From the NCBI GenBank assembly GCA_964291315.2, contig OZ219753.1, positions 128,001-192,000 on the forward strand: DNA of 64,000 nt. The letters are read 5' to 3'. The DNA is from Candidatus Poribacteria bacterium. Lineage in GTDB: Bacteria > Poribacteria > WGA-4E > WGA-3G. The notes under the pieces were generated by a model, which had not been told where the DNA came from, made no database searches, and saw only the letters and a program-made list of their open reading frames with translations. Both the position numbers and the translations under genes were made by a program. This document shows, piece by piece, positions 51,402 through 61,335 of this stretch. The first letter of the stretch is position 1. Each line of letters begins with the position of its first letter.

Positions 51402-54400
51402 TCAATCTCTCAAACCCATCCGATATTTGATGTCGTAGTTGATGATGAAGTCTAATTCTTCGTCCGTGAAGCCGTAGTGTTTTGCGAGGACGCGGTCTAT
51501 TTCGTCTATGATGTGCTTGGATTTTTGAATTTTGAATAACTGCGTTTCAGTGCGTCCAGTTGATTTTTGGCTAACTTCCATTGTACTGTTCTGTTGTAAG
51601 TCTTCCAAATATACCTCTCCAAGTCGAAGGAGGCGAGGATCATTGAGTGCAGACTCAGGGATAGGAAAATTTTGGACATCATATGGATTAAGTGTCCGAC
51701 AATCTGACGTAATAGTATACCACCACCAAAAACTGTTGCTGCTCAGGATAGCGATAGATGGTTTTATCATTTCTTTTTTTGCCAAAGAGAAAGAGGTTTC
51801 ACGTGAGGAATGTCCTATTTTGCCGTTGATTTTGAATGCTGGCGGAAAATTAGTGAACACTTTCCAATATCTTCCACCTGAATTACGATAATAAACACGA
51901 TGTTCACTTTTAGCCATGAATAATTTTAAAACGGTTGGTACTCTCAGGTATTTCTCTAGTAGACCGTTCTCAATTTCTAACCCTAACTTTGGTGCCCAAA
52001 AGGCTGTCCTATGGCGTGGTATCTCTACGTATTTGATGTTGTACATCCGCAAATCTTTGCTGTGTGAATACCACTTCTGATTGTTTGTAGAAAAGGTTCT
52101 ACCTTGTTTTGAAGGGGTTGCGGTGAAAATAGTGAGAGCTCGACTCACTGTATCAAACAATTTACCGGGAGAATCACTATAGTTAGCATACCAGACATTA
52201 CGGTCTTTTTCTAAGAGGTTCTGGATAATTTTCATTCGTTGTGTGGAAACTAATGCAGAAGGAACAATCATACTCAAACAGCCTTGCTGATTTAGCAGAC
52301 CCAAACTGCTGTCGATGCACATTGCATGAATCGCGCGGGTTTCGTAACTAACAAAATTTGTATTTGGTGTATAGTCAATTTTGTTTGATTCAAGGTAAGG
52401 CGGGTTTCCGATGATGACATCAAATCCGCCGTCTTTGAGGATGCTGTAGAAAGCAATGAACCAGTGGAACGGCTTATGCGTGGCAAGCCATTTGTGGTAA
52501 TCTGTGATTACCCCCCCCCGCTTATATTATGTGAAGTGTTCACGCCATACTCACCCGCAAGATAGATGTTCAACTCATCTTCTAAGACACCCAGTCTCTC
52601 CCGCAATGCCTGCTTATCCGCACGCGTCACGACCCCGCCTAACGCCGTCTGTTGCCTGCGGAACGCTTGGAACAACGCATCTACATCCTCCGCCTTCTCC
52701 CGAAGCCGCCGCATCGTGCCGTCAAAGTCCAGCTTGCCCGTCACCGCTCGCTCTACCGCATCATACGTTGAGAACCCGACGAGACTATTCCCCGACTGAA
52801 TGTTAAAGTCGATGTCTGGCAACGGCTCTATCTGCCGCACATCTTCAATCTGTGAGACCATCTTCAGAAAGAGCCGGAGCTTACAGATTTCAACCGCCTC
52901 CGCCATGATGTCCACACCGTAGAGGTTATTTATCACAATAGACTTGAGGATAAAATAGGCTCTGTTCGGATGCTGCTCTATACGCCCGAGCGTCTCTCGG
53001 AAGTCAGCATAGCGCCGGCCGGCACCCGAGTCGTCGTTGAGGAAGGCTTGCATTCGGTCGAGACACGCCTCATAGAGCGGCACGAGGATATTCACGGCAG
53101 CGAAGAGGAACGCTCCCGAGCCACACGTCGGATCCAGGATGCTGATGTGTCTGATCGCCTGCCAAAACGCACGCAGCAGCTCGGGGCCCTCACATCCCGC
53201 GATTACATCCTGTGCGAACTGGCGGACATCTAGATTGTAGGTAATCAGATCGTTGATGCTCCCGATGTCTCCGTTCACCAGCTTCGCACGCAGCGTCTCG
53301 TAGCGTTGCCGTCTCGCAACGACTTCCCGCCATATCTCTGTCGGCAAGGCATACTCGGAAGGTGCAACGGTGTTCCAATCCGTGCGCTTAGAGACATCCG
53401 CAACCCCCGCAGCGATGTGGGGCGGCAACTCTAATTCAGCACCTTTGCTCACAGCAGCGTAGATATAGCGCTCCGGGGCATCTCGCAGCAATTGCCACAC
53501 CGCACCACCCGCCGCAAACGCTATCTCACACGACCGACGCGCCGCATCAAAGAGAAACGGAATAATCGTGTTTTTGCTGATATACTCGGTGATGTCTTCC
53601 TTGGTATAATAAGCACCCATCTGCTTCTGATTGATGTATTTCTCAAAGATATATCCCAGCACATCCGGGTTGATCTCCGTGTCGTTTTTCAACGGGCGAT
53701 CGTCCAAATGCCACTGATACGCATCAAAGAAGCCGAAGAGCTGCTCAAACGCCGCATCCGGGATCTCAATACGCTCCCCGTGATGCGTCTCTATGGCGTG
53801 CTGCTCAAAGATGCCGCCGTTGAGATACGGCACATCCCCGAGAAGCCCGACCACAGCTCTGCCCCGCTCTGCCTCCGGCTTTGCGAACCCTTCAAAGAAC
53901 AGCGGACAGAGAAACGATCTATAGTACCGGTCGCTGCCACTCTTTTGCGTCTCCGTCAACGTGTGCCGCAGATAGTCTGGGTCGCTGTTGAGAAACCCCT
54001 TCTTCTGAATGAAATAGATGAACATCAGCCGATTCAGCAGGATAGAGACATATGCGCGCTGCACCTCGGCATCCGGGATGCCCGTGAGGAAGGATAAGAA
54101 CGCCGTCTGCTCTCGCTTGAAGCGATCGTAAAACTTCTTGGTCACCCGCTCCGCATAGAACGCGCTCCCGACGCGACCTGTCACGTCAGAGAGTGTCAGT
54201 TCGGCTTCTTCTTCAAGACTGAAGGCGATCGGCTCTAACTTTTGTATCAGCGACTCCCCCGATTGCGCCGTGTGATACCTGTGCTCTCGGCAGGCATCCG
54301 GCTTGCCCGGCTCCCTTCTGACCCACTGCCAGAGGTGGGTTGTCCTCTCGGCATCCGTGTAGATGATAATATGCTCATGCGCAGAGCGTGCGACTTGCTG

Positions 54401-54631
54401 CTGGATCTTCCGGCGCAGCGCATAATCGGGGAGTTGTCCATCTGCGTCTGTTGCGTGGCATTCAAAGACGAGCATGCCGCGTTTCTCTGCGACTGCGGAG
54501 AGGTGCCACTCGACCGCATCTACGCGGATCTTCAGCGCCTGTGTGTAGTGATCCCAACCGAGTGCTTGGGTGAAGAGGGCGCTAAAGTTAGCCGCTCTGA
54601 GATAGTCAAGTATCTGTTCTCGATGAAGCAT
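51402..54631 (-). CDS. N6-adenine DNA methyltransferase (Eco57I-like gamma order), frameshifted at a G9 tract
   Basis: 5' frame has GAYYTK, ILDPTCGSGAFL, LYGVDI, PLPDIDFNIQSGNSL. The -1 frame after the tract reads VITDYHKWLATHKPFHWF..GGFDVIIGNPPY and runs unbroken into ORF 51402..52322, ending IINYDIKYRMGLRD. Confidence 0.9.
52511..52519 (-). repeat. G9 homopolymer tract (simple sequence repeat)
   Basis: Coding strand AGC GGG GGG GGG TAA. Longest G/C run I saw in the window. Confidence 0.95.
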
Positions 54632-54681
54632 AGATGTTTCCCCGTCCGTTCGTTTCCATTTACCGAAGACTAATAGGTAGG

Positions 54682-54710
54682 ATCTTAAAGCTTTTTTGCA
54701 GAATTGTCAA
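54682..54710 (-). promoter_or_regulatory. Sigma70 promoter for the methyltransferase
   Basis: TTGACA-N17-TAAGAT, about 50 nt upstream of the ATG, with a GGGG SD-like site. Confidence 0.65.
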
Positions 54711-54874
54711 GCATTCATGCCGGAATGCCTCTCAACCAAGTTTGTAATTTCTCTATTTTCCCTAAGATAAGAGTAGGTAGGCGATGCTACCCAAATATAG
54801 CACTGCCCGCTGCTGCCAGATCAACCTTTTAGATCCTGTTTTAGACAGTCCGCAAAGGTTAACTGAAAACTGAC

Positions 54875-54903
54875 TTGACATGTCGCCAGAAATTGTGTAT
54901 AAT
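54875..54903 (+). promoter_or_regulatory. Consensus sigma70 promoter for nusB
   Basis: TTGACA-N17-TATAAT. Confidence 0.75.
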
Positions 54904-54976
54904 ACAAACGAATACCGACGCGATGACAAAACGTTTTCGTGTGATGGTGCTAAAAGTCAAAAAGTAGGAAAGGATA

Positions 54977-55396
54977 ATGTCCTCTCGTAGACAATCTCGC
55001 ATCACTGCGATGCAAATGTTATATCAGATTCACCTCATCGAAACGCCGGCGAAAGTCGTTATAGAACAGTTTTGCCAGAGCCAGAGCGTATCGGTAGAAC
55101 CTTGTTCCTTCGTAGTGCAACTCGTTGAAGGCACCACTGCATCTCTCGAAACAATTGACGCTTTACTTCAAAAGGTCTCTAAAAACTGGAAACTTCACCG
55201 GATGCCGATCGTAGACCTCTCGATCCTACGATGTGCCACTTATGAGATACTCTATCTCACTGATGTCGATCCAGCTGTCTCGATCAGTGAAGCTGTTGAG
55301 ATTGCCAAGACTTACAGCACGCTAGACTCGCCTAAATTCATCAACGGGGTCTTGGACAATGTCCGAAAAGAGCATCTTGATGCATCGAAGCCTTAA
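54977..55396 (+). CDS. nusB: Transcription antitermination factor NusB
   Basis: SRRQSRITAMQMLYQ, NWKLHRMPIVDLSILR, EAVEIAKTYS, FINGVLD. Confidence 0.95.
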   Translation: MSSRRQSRITAMQMLYQIHLIETPAKVVIEQFCQSQSVSVEPCSFVVQLVEGTTASLETIDALLQKVSKNWKLHRMPIVDLSILRCATYEILYLTDVDPAVSISEAVEIAKTYSTLDSPKFINGVLDNVRKEHLDASKP

Positions 55397-55442
55397 AATA
55401 TCTGATCATCAGAAAGGTTGACTGTTTGTCCCGAAATAGGAA

Positions 55443-57257
55443 ATGTCTAAACTAAAAAATTTAATGCTCTGTCTTCTGCTCTTGTTTCCGATCCACATAA
55501 CCGCCGCGCAAGAATTCAAATTTGTTGGTGAGTTTGGCAGAAAAGGGGAGCGAGAGGCACAATTCGCAGAAACCTTATTCATGACGTTCTGCCCTGAGGG
55601 GGCCGTCTATATTACAGACACGGATAACTTCAGAATTCAAAAATTCGATCAAACCGGGAGTTTTGAATTCGAGATCCAGATGACGGAAGACAGCAAATTT
55701 CGGTTCATCAACCCTACAGATATTGCTATAGGAAGGGACGGTTCCATTTATGTAATGGATTGGAACTTCATGGAAATTTCAGACACAGTGTTGCAAGGAC
55801 CATCGCAACCAAAAATCTTCAACTATGCCCCATGCGTCCATAAATTTGATGCGCAAGGCGCTTTCGTAGCAACATACCCAATTCAAGATTTCAGCAAACG
55901 GGTAGCTTCCCTTGAATCAGCAAGTCCCGGACTCGATGCCGACGGCAATTATATCCTCATCATTCCACGAGGGGACACGAAACGCAATTTTTTATTGGGA
56001 ATAGATGGACGCGGAAACCTCTACGTTTGTGACAGCGGTGGACAGAAGAAATGTATCTTCAAACTTGATGCGATCGGTAGACCTGTTGCTCGCTATCCGA
56101 TTAGACAATCTGGGACAGGCGACCTCATTGAACCCGTGGATATGACTGTCGATGAAGATGGAAACGTCTATGTTGTTGATGAAAGAGGGCATCGGGTACT
56201 CAAATACAGTGCTGAGGGAAAATTCTTGTACGCCTTTGGCGAGTATGGGGACGCAGAAGCACAATTTATTGCCCCCTTTCGTATAGCAGCATTAAAAGAT
56301 GGAAGTCTGCTTATTGCCGACACTGCAAAGTATCTTAAGTATTTCGTTTCCACTCTTCCAACACGACTCAACGATCCGGTGCGCCAGCTTACCGGTGTAA
56401 CCCGTCTCTTTCGCTACCGTCTACGACGGATCCAGCGGTTTACTACAGACGGGGTATATACCGAAAACATGCTTATTCCATTCCAGAGAGAAGCTGAAGC
56501 CGATCTTGCACTGCAACTCAAGGGAATTGATAAGGATGGAAACCTTTACTACCTCGATTCAGCAGAATTACGTTTTAGGAAGTATGCCCCAACACGATCC
56601 CTGATCTCTTCTATGTTTCAGACAGAGCTCAAGCTCCGTTATACACGCGACCTACAAGACGTTGAAATTGATAATCAGGATGACTTGGACGCAGATCTCT
56701 ATACCAAATCTGATTTTGACGAACAGATTATTCAGGATACCGCTGATGCAAATTTGATTTTATCTTACGATATCAACGAGGCATATCGACTTGCCCTTTC
56801 CAATCGGCTCACTTTTGTCCAATCTACCGATACAAGTTACTATCGCGCACGAGCCTTCGAGGATTTCCGTGGAAGTTTCAATCAAGATGAGAGAGCAACC
56901 GAAACTTCTTGGGACAATCGAGTTCGACTTGATTTTGCATGGATACGCGACCAGAGTCTCTACAGTTATCGAGAAGCGCGTGCATTCGTCTATTTCAGCG
57001 TTGTCCGCGTCGGTTTTATTAGCGAGGCCCTTGACCGATTCAATTTCCGAAACTTTGACTTCAACGCGAATCTCTCTGATTGGGGTGCAGGCGTGCATTA
57101 CGACTTGAGCCGACGGTTCCGTCTGAATTTTGAAATCACACACTTTTTCGGCAAGAATCGGTATACCTATATTGATGAAACGAATGTCCTTTATGCCACC
57201 GGTTTTCAGGAAGCAGATCTCATACGCGCTGTTTTGTTGATAAACGGGATATTCTGA
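55443..57257 (+). CDS. Secreted NHL-repeat beta-propeller fused to a C-terminal outer-membrane beta-barrel-like region
   Basis: Signal peptide; YITDTDNFRIQKFD, PVDMTVDEDGNVYVVD..HRVLKY; C-terminal amphipathic strands ending in INGIF. Confidence 0.7.
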   Translation: MSKLKNLMLCLLLLFPIHITAAQEFKFVGEFGRKGEREAQFAETLFMTFCPEGAVYITDTDNFRIQKFDQTGSFEFEIQMTEDSKFRFINPTDIAIGRDGSIYVMDWNFMEISDTVLQGPSQPKIFNYAPCVHKFDAQGAFVATYPIQDFSKRVASLESASPGLDADGNYILIIPRGDTKRNFLLGIDGRGNLYVCDSGGQKKCIFKLDAIGRPVARYPIRQSGTGDLIEPVDMTVDEDGNVYVVDERGHRVLKYSAEGKFLYAFGEYGDAEAQFIAPFRIAALKDGSLLIADTAKYLKYFVSTLPTRLNDPVRQLTGVTRLFRYRLRRIQRFTTDGVYTENMLIPFQREAEADLALQLKGIDKDGNLYYLDSAELRFRKYAPTRSLISSMFQTELKLRYTRDLQDVEIDNQDDLDADLYTKSDFDEQIIQDTADANLILSYDINEAYRLALSNRLTFVQSTDTSYYRARAFEDFRGSFNQDERATETSWDNRVRLDFAWIRDQSLYSYREARAFVYFSVVRVGFISEALDRFNFRNFDFNANLSDWGAGVHYDLSRRFRLNFEITHFFGKNRYTYIDETNVLYATGFQEADLIRAVLLINGIF

Positions 57258-57554
57258 CATGGAGGCTGCACAGCTGCTGTGCTTTCCAAAGATTTCTTGG
57301 GATAAGCGGAATCTATGTTATGTCGCTTTCAACTCCGTATAGGAAGTAGCTCTGTAAAGTGTAGAACGCTGTTCTGAAGCTCAACCTCTTTTCTTTTGAC
57401 TGATAAAAACTAAAGACCGCCATTCAAGAAAGTTGAAATATTCCGTATAATCGTATATCATAATCAGAATTAAATGCACTTTGAGGACGCGGCGAGCATC
57501 CTCTGAAGTTTTATTTACTCTCTATCTCGCTAACGCGCAATAGGAGGCATCAGT

Positions 57555-58403
57555 ATGGCAACTTTTGGGACAGGTGAGTATCAGTATGAAGTTGTGGAAG
57601 GCTGGGGCATGATTCCGCAACTCGGCCTCGTTTCTGGCGTGGCTTGTGACTCAAATGATCGTGTCTACGTCTACAATCGGAGCCCACAACCCGCTATGCT
57701 CGTTTTCGAGCCTGACGGCACACTTATCGACGAATGGGGCAAGGATATTTTCCGGAAACCCCATGGCATCTGGATTAGTCCCGATGACGACATCTATACT
57801 ACAGACACCCTCGATCACACCGTGCGGAAATTTTCGCTTGATGGAAAACTTTTGCGGACCTTTGGCACTCTCAATCAACCCGGGGGAGTTGGGGAGCCCT
57901 TTAACCAGCCGACGCGAGCTGTGCTCTCAGGGTCGGGTGAGATGTACGTCTCTGACGGTTACGGACAATCACGCGTCCATAGGATGACAGCAGATGGGCA
58001 AGTCATTGTTTCGTGGGGAACCTCCGGCACTGGGCCCGGAGAGTTTAACCTTCCGCACGATGTCACTGTAGACCATAACGAGCGCATCTACATTCTCGAT
58101 CGCGGAAACCTCCGCTGCCAGATTTTCAACAACAAAGGTGAATATCTCACTGAGTGGAGAGACCTTCGTGCCCCGAATGACCTCTTTATTGATCGTAATA
58201 ATATCATCCATATCGCGGAGGCGGGGCAACGCATCAGTATTATGACGTTTGACGGTGAAATTATCGGACGCTGGGGAGAGAGAGGAACTGCCCCCGGACA
58301 GTTCAGCGACTCTCCACACGGGATCTGGATCGATTCAAGCGGAGACCTCTACGTTAGCGAAGTTGTCGCTGACAGATGCCTCCAAAAATTCGTGAGGATT
58401 TAA
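57555..58403 (+). CDS. NHL-repeat protein (peptidyl-alpha-hydroxyglycine lyase-like family)
   Basis: YEVVEGWG, PHGIWI, FNQPT, YVSDGYG, EFNLPHD, DRGNLRCQIF. Confidence 0.85.
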   Translation: MATFGTGEYQYEVVEGWGMIPQLGLVSGVACDSNDRVYVYNRSPQPAMLVFEPDGTLIDEWGKDIFRKPHGIWISPDDDIYTTDTLDHTVRKFSLDGKLLRTFGTLNQPGGVGEPFNQPTRAVLSGSGEMYVSDGYGQSRVHRMTADGQVIVSWGTSGTGPGEFNLPHDVTVDHNERIYILDRGNLRCQIFNNKGEYLTEWRDLRAPNDLFIDRNNIIHIAEAGQRISIMTFDGEIIGRWGERGTAPGQFSDSPHGIWIDSSGDLYVSEVVADRCLQKFVRI

Positions 58404-58409
58404 CCTATT

Positions 58410-59321
58410 TTGAAGAAACGTTACCTTCATATTTGTTATATTTTAGGCATCGCTTTTATTGCAATCGCCGCATGCACACTCGGAATTGCCGATGAAGGAC
58501 ATGAACATTCAGGGGATCGGATAAGGGAACTGATAAACCAACCTCTTACGTTTCAATTGGCAATCGCTGCACTTGTTATTTCATTTGTGCTTGGTGGATT
58601 ACATGCATTGACCCCCGGTCACGGAAAAGCTATAGTCGGTGCTTACCTTGTTGGTTCTAAAGGTAGGATCATTGACGCAATATTTCTTGGACTTGTCGTT
58701 ACTTTTACGCACACCTTCAGTGTCATCGCGCTCGGTGTCATTATGTTAGTGGCCCAGGAGTTTGCCCCCGAGGATATTATCCCATGGTTGAGTCTATTTT
58801 CGGGTGCCCTAATTGTCGGTATTGGAGCGTGGCTGCTTGCAAAAAACATGAAACAGTATTATACCGGCAACGCACACAACTACAGGCCCGGAAATCCTCA
58901 TCACGAACATGATCATGAGCATTCGCATGAGCACACCCATCAACCTGGGGATTCGCACAGCCATGGTGGGGATACGCATAGTCATGTCCCGCCCGAAGGG
59001 ACCGGTTTTTGGAGTTTGTTATCGCTCGGCATTTCCGGCGGGATCGTACCGTGTGTTGATGCACTCATTGGACTTCTCTTCGCAATCAGTCTTAACAAAC
59101 TGGTGTGGGGTCTAGTTATTCTATGTGCATTCTCATTGGGGCTTGCTGCTGTATTGGTCGCTATCGGTATTTTGATGGTAATGGCAAAACCGTTGATTGC
59201 ACGTTTCACAGGGGAAGGTGTCTGGCTACAACGCCTGCCTATTTTCAGTGCAGTTGTTGTCATCTTGCTCGGGGCAATATTGGTATTCAAAGCAATCAGC
59301 ACTGTTGGCATTTCACTATAG
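58410..59321 (+). CDS. RcnA-like nickel/cobalt efflux transporter with a His-rich loop
   Basis: HALTPGHGK, THTFSV, HHEHDHEHSHEHTH, GGIVPC, FSLGLA. Confidence 0.88.
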   Translation: MKKRYLHICYILGIAFIAIAACTLGIADEGHEHSGDRIRELINQPLTFQLAIAALVISFVLGGLHALTPGHGKAIVGAYLVGSKGRIIDAIFLGLVVTFTHTFSVIALGVIMLVAQEFAPEDIIPWLSLFSGALIVGIGAWLLAKNMKQYYTGNAHNYRPGNPHHEHDHEHSHEHTHQPGDSHSHGGDTHSHVPPEGTGFWSLLSLGISGGIVPCVDALIGLLFAISLNKLVWGLVILCAFSLGLAAVLVAIGILMVMAKPLIARFTGEGVWLQRLPIFSAVVVILLGAILVFKAISTVGISL

Positions 59322-59517
59322 ATCTAGCACCCCAAATAAGAATTTAGAGTATGTAGCCTGAGATGTCCGTTTAGTACTACATGCAGTAAAGGGGTTTCGT
59401 CTATACAACTGAAAAAGCCTGAGAGCTGCTTGTCAGCTGAACCGCTACCCTGGGGGCACGTCAGCTTTGAATCTGTAGAAATAGGAACTAACCGAAAGAA
59501 AGGAGTCTCGGTCTATT

Positions 59518-60399
59518 ATGCCTGACACTGTCGGAATTTTAAGCCCTGGTGATATGGGGCACACCGTCGGACATGTCCTCCGTCAAAACGGTTTACGCGT
59601 CATCACTTGTTTACGCGGAAGGAGTCCGCGCACCCAACAGCTCGCGGAAAAAGCAGGTATTCAAGATGTCCGGACGTATCTACAATTCGTCACCGAAGCA
59701 GATCTTATCCTCTCAATTATGGTGCCGGCACAGGCAATGTCTGCTGCCTCCGTAGTTGCAGAAGCGCTCCGGCATGTAGACACGCCCCTAACCTATGCGG
59801 ACTGCAACGCTATCGCTCCACAAACCGTTCGCAAATTGGGAAATGTTATTACCGAGACAGGCGGGAATTTCGTCGATGCCTCCATCATTGGTCCACCACC
59901 GCGTAATCCAGGAGCGACCCGATTCTATGCATCAGGACCCGACCTTAATTTCTTCTCAGAACTCAATAATTACGGATTGGATGTGCGAATGCTCGGCGCG
60001 GAGGTAGGACTCGCCTCTGCGATTAAAATGTGTTATGCCTCTTTAACAAAGGGACTAACTGCGCTCTGCACTGAATTGCTTACAGCGGCGAAGGTTTTAG
60101 GGGTGTCAGAAGCACTCACGGCTGAGTTTCAGTTGAGTCAATCTGCGCTCTTTGAACGAATGGAAAAGGGGCTGCCGACTATGCCCACTAAGGCACGCCG
60201 TTGGATCGGCGAGATGGAAGAGATCTCAGCAACTTTCGATCATGTCGGATTGACACCAAACATCTTGACAGGTGCAGCAGATATGTATCGCTTTGTCGGG
60301 GACACACATCTTGCAAATCTGCCGCCTGAAGCTCGCGACAAGCTCCCTACTTTAACGGAACTTATCGAAACCTTGGCGAAAAATCTTAAATTGGAGTAG
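59518..60399 (+). CDS. NAD(P)-dependent oxidoreductase, 6PGD-like with DUF1932
   Basis: ILSPGDMG, DCNAIAP, DASIIGPPP, KMCYASLTKG, RWIGEMEEI. Confidence 0.88.
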   Translation: MPDTVGILSPGDMGHTVGHVLRQNGLRVITCLRGRSPRTQQLAEKAGIQDVRTYLQFVTEADLILSIMVPAQAMSAASVVAEALRHVDTPLTYADCNAIAPQTVRKLGNVITETGGNFVDASIIGPPPRNPGATRFYASGPDLNFFSELNNYGLDVRMLGAEVGLASAIKMCYASLTKGLTALCTELLTAAKVLGVSEALTAEFQLSQSALFERMEKGLPTMPTKARRWIGEMEEISATFDHVGLTPNILTGAADMYRFVGDTHLANLPPEARDKLPTLTELIETLAKNLKLE

Positions 60400-60454
60400 A
60401 CCGCAGCACAGTATCTAGTGTGTGAGGTGTGAAAGGTGCCGTTTCTTCTGAAAC

Positions 60455-61249
60455 TTACTCTTCAGTGACAGGCGGTTTAAGAATCCACGCTTGGAAAGTA
60501 GTCATATCCGTAAAGAATGAACGCATCAGTGCAAACTCGCCCGGATCACCAATTGCACACCATAAAAGTCCTTGCCAAACGCCATGTGTTTCTAGCTTTT
60601 CGCGCCAAACCTCTTTGAAAACGTTGTTATGCTCCGTCATAAATAGAGAAGACATGCCGATATGAACGATTTGACTATGCAAGCCGGATGCCTCCACATC
60701 CTCTTCCATTAGTGGGGCTATCAGGTATGTCTGATGGAGTTCATTGAGTTCTTTCATATTGTCCTGTGGGGCTTCAACGGTAGTACCCCATGCTCGAACT
60801 TTGAAGTAATAATTTGTCCATATCTCTAGTTCTGCATTTTCTTTGTCCGATCCAAGCGTGGCTGTGATGCGAGAACGAGCAATGGTTCTCATATTGGTTG
60901 TAGGCATTGCAGCGATATAGGCTGGAAAGTTTTCGTAGGTTTCGTCTTCCATTCCTTTAAGATGTGCCAGATACGGTTCACTCGACAAGACCTTTTCTAA
61001 ATCGTTTGGATTTTGAGATGCCACTATCTCTCTTGTGCCCGCAAGCAGTTGGGATAACAGCTCTTCTTGAACCACAGTTAGCGGTTGGCGTGCCGACGCT
61101 TCTAATGCACGAATATATTGACGGTGCTGCGCCATGCTTTCTTCCATCTCGTTGTACATCTTAACGAACCACGGAACGACAAAGGCCGCTCCAACAAGAA
61201 GAAGGGAAACGCCTATACCGATAAGAATCAGGAAGATGGGTTTCTTCAT
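60455..61249 (-). CDS. Membrane-anchored hypothetical helical protein
   Basis: N-terminal TM helix; SD AAAGGA; no recognisable motif. Confidence 0.65.
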   Translation of the reverse strand: MKKPIFLILIGIGVSLLLVGAAFVVPWFVKMYNEMEESMAQHRQYIRALEASARQPLTVVQEELLSQLLAGTREIVASQNPNDLEKVLSSEPYLAHLKGMEDETYENFPAYIAAMPTTNMRTIARSRITATLGSDKENAELEIWTNYYFKVRAWGTTVEAPQDNMKELNELHQTYLIAPLMEEDVEASGLHSQIVHIGMSSLFMTEHNNVFKEVWREKLETHGVWQGLLWCAIGDPGEFALMRSFFTDMTTFQAWILKPPVTEE

Positions 61250-61335
61250 TTTAATGTATCCTTTTTCGTTAAAGGTTTATCTCACCATAGCATTTTTTGA
61301 GGCAGGTGCCAACTTTTTCGGAACGAGGACTTGCG

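Noticed and set aside
51402-54631. Assignment of the methyltransferase to BREX or DISARM
   Set aside because: No brxC/pglZ or drmA/drmB/drmC genes are present in the window.
53492-54673. Long plus-strand ORFs (201 and 143 aa) opposite the methyltransferase
   Set aside because: Antisense shadows expected in GC-rich coding DNA.
58905-58985. CATGAN-type repeats
   Set aside because: Explained by the His-rich loop of the RcnA-like transporter.
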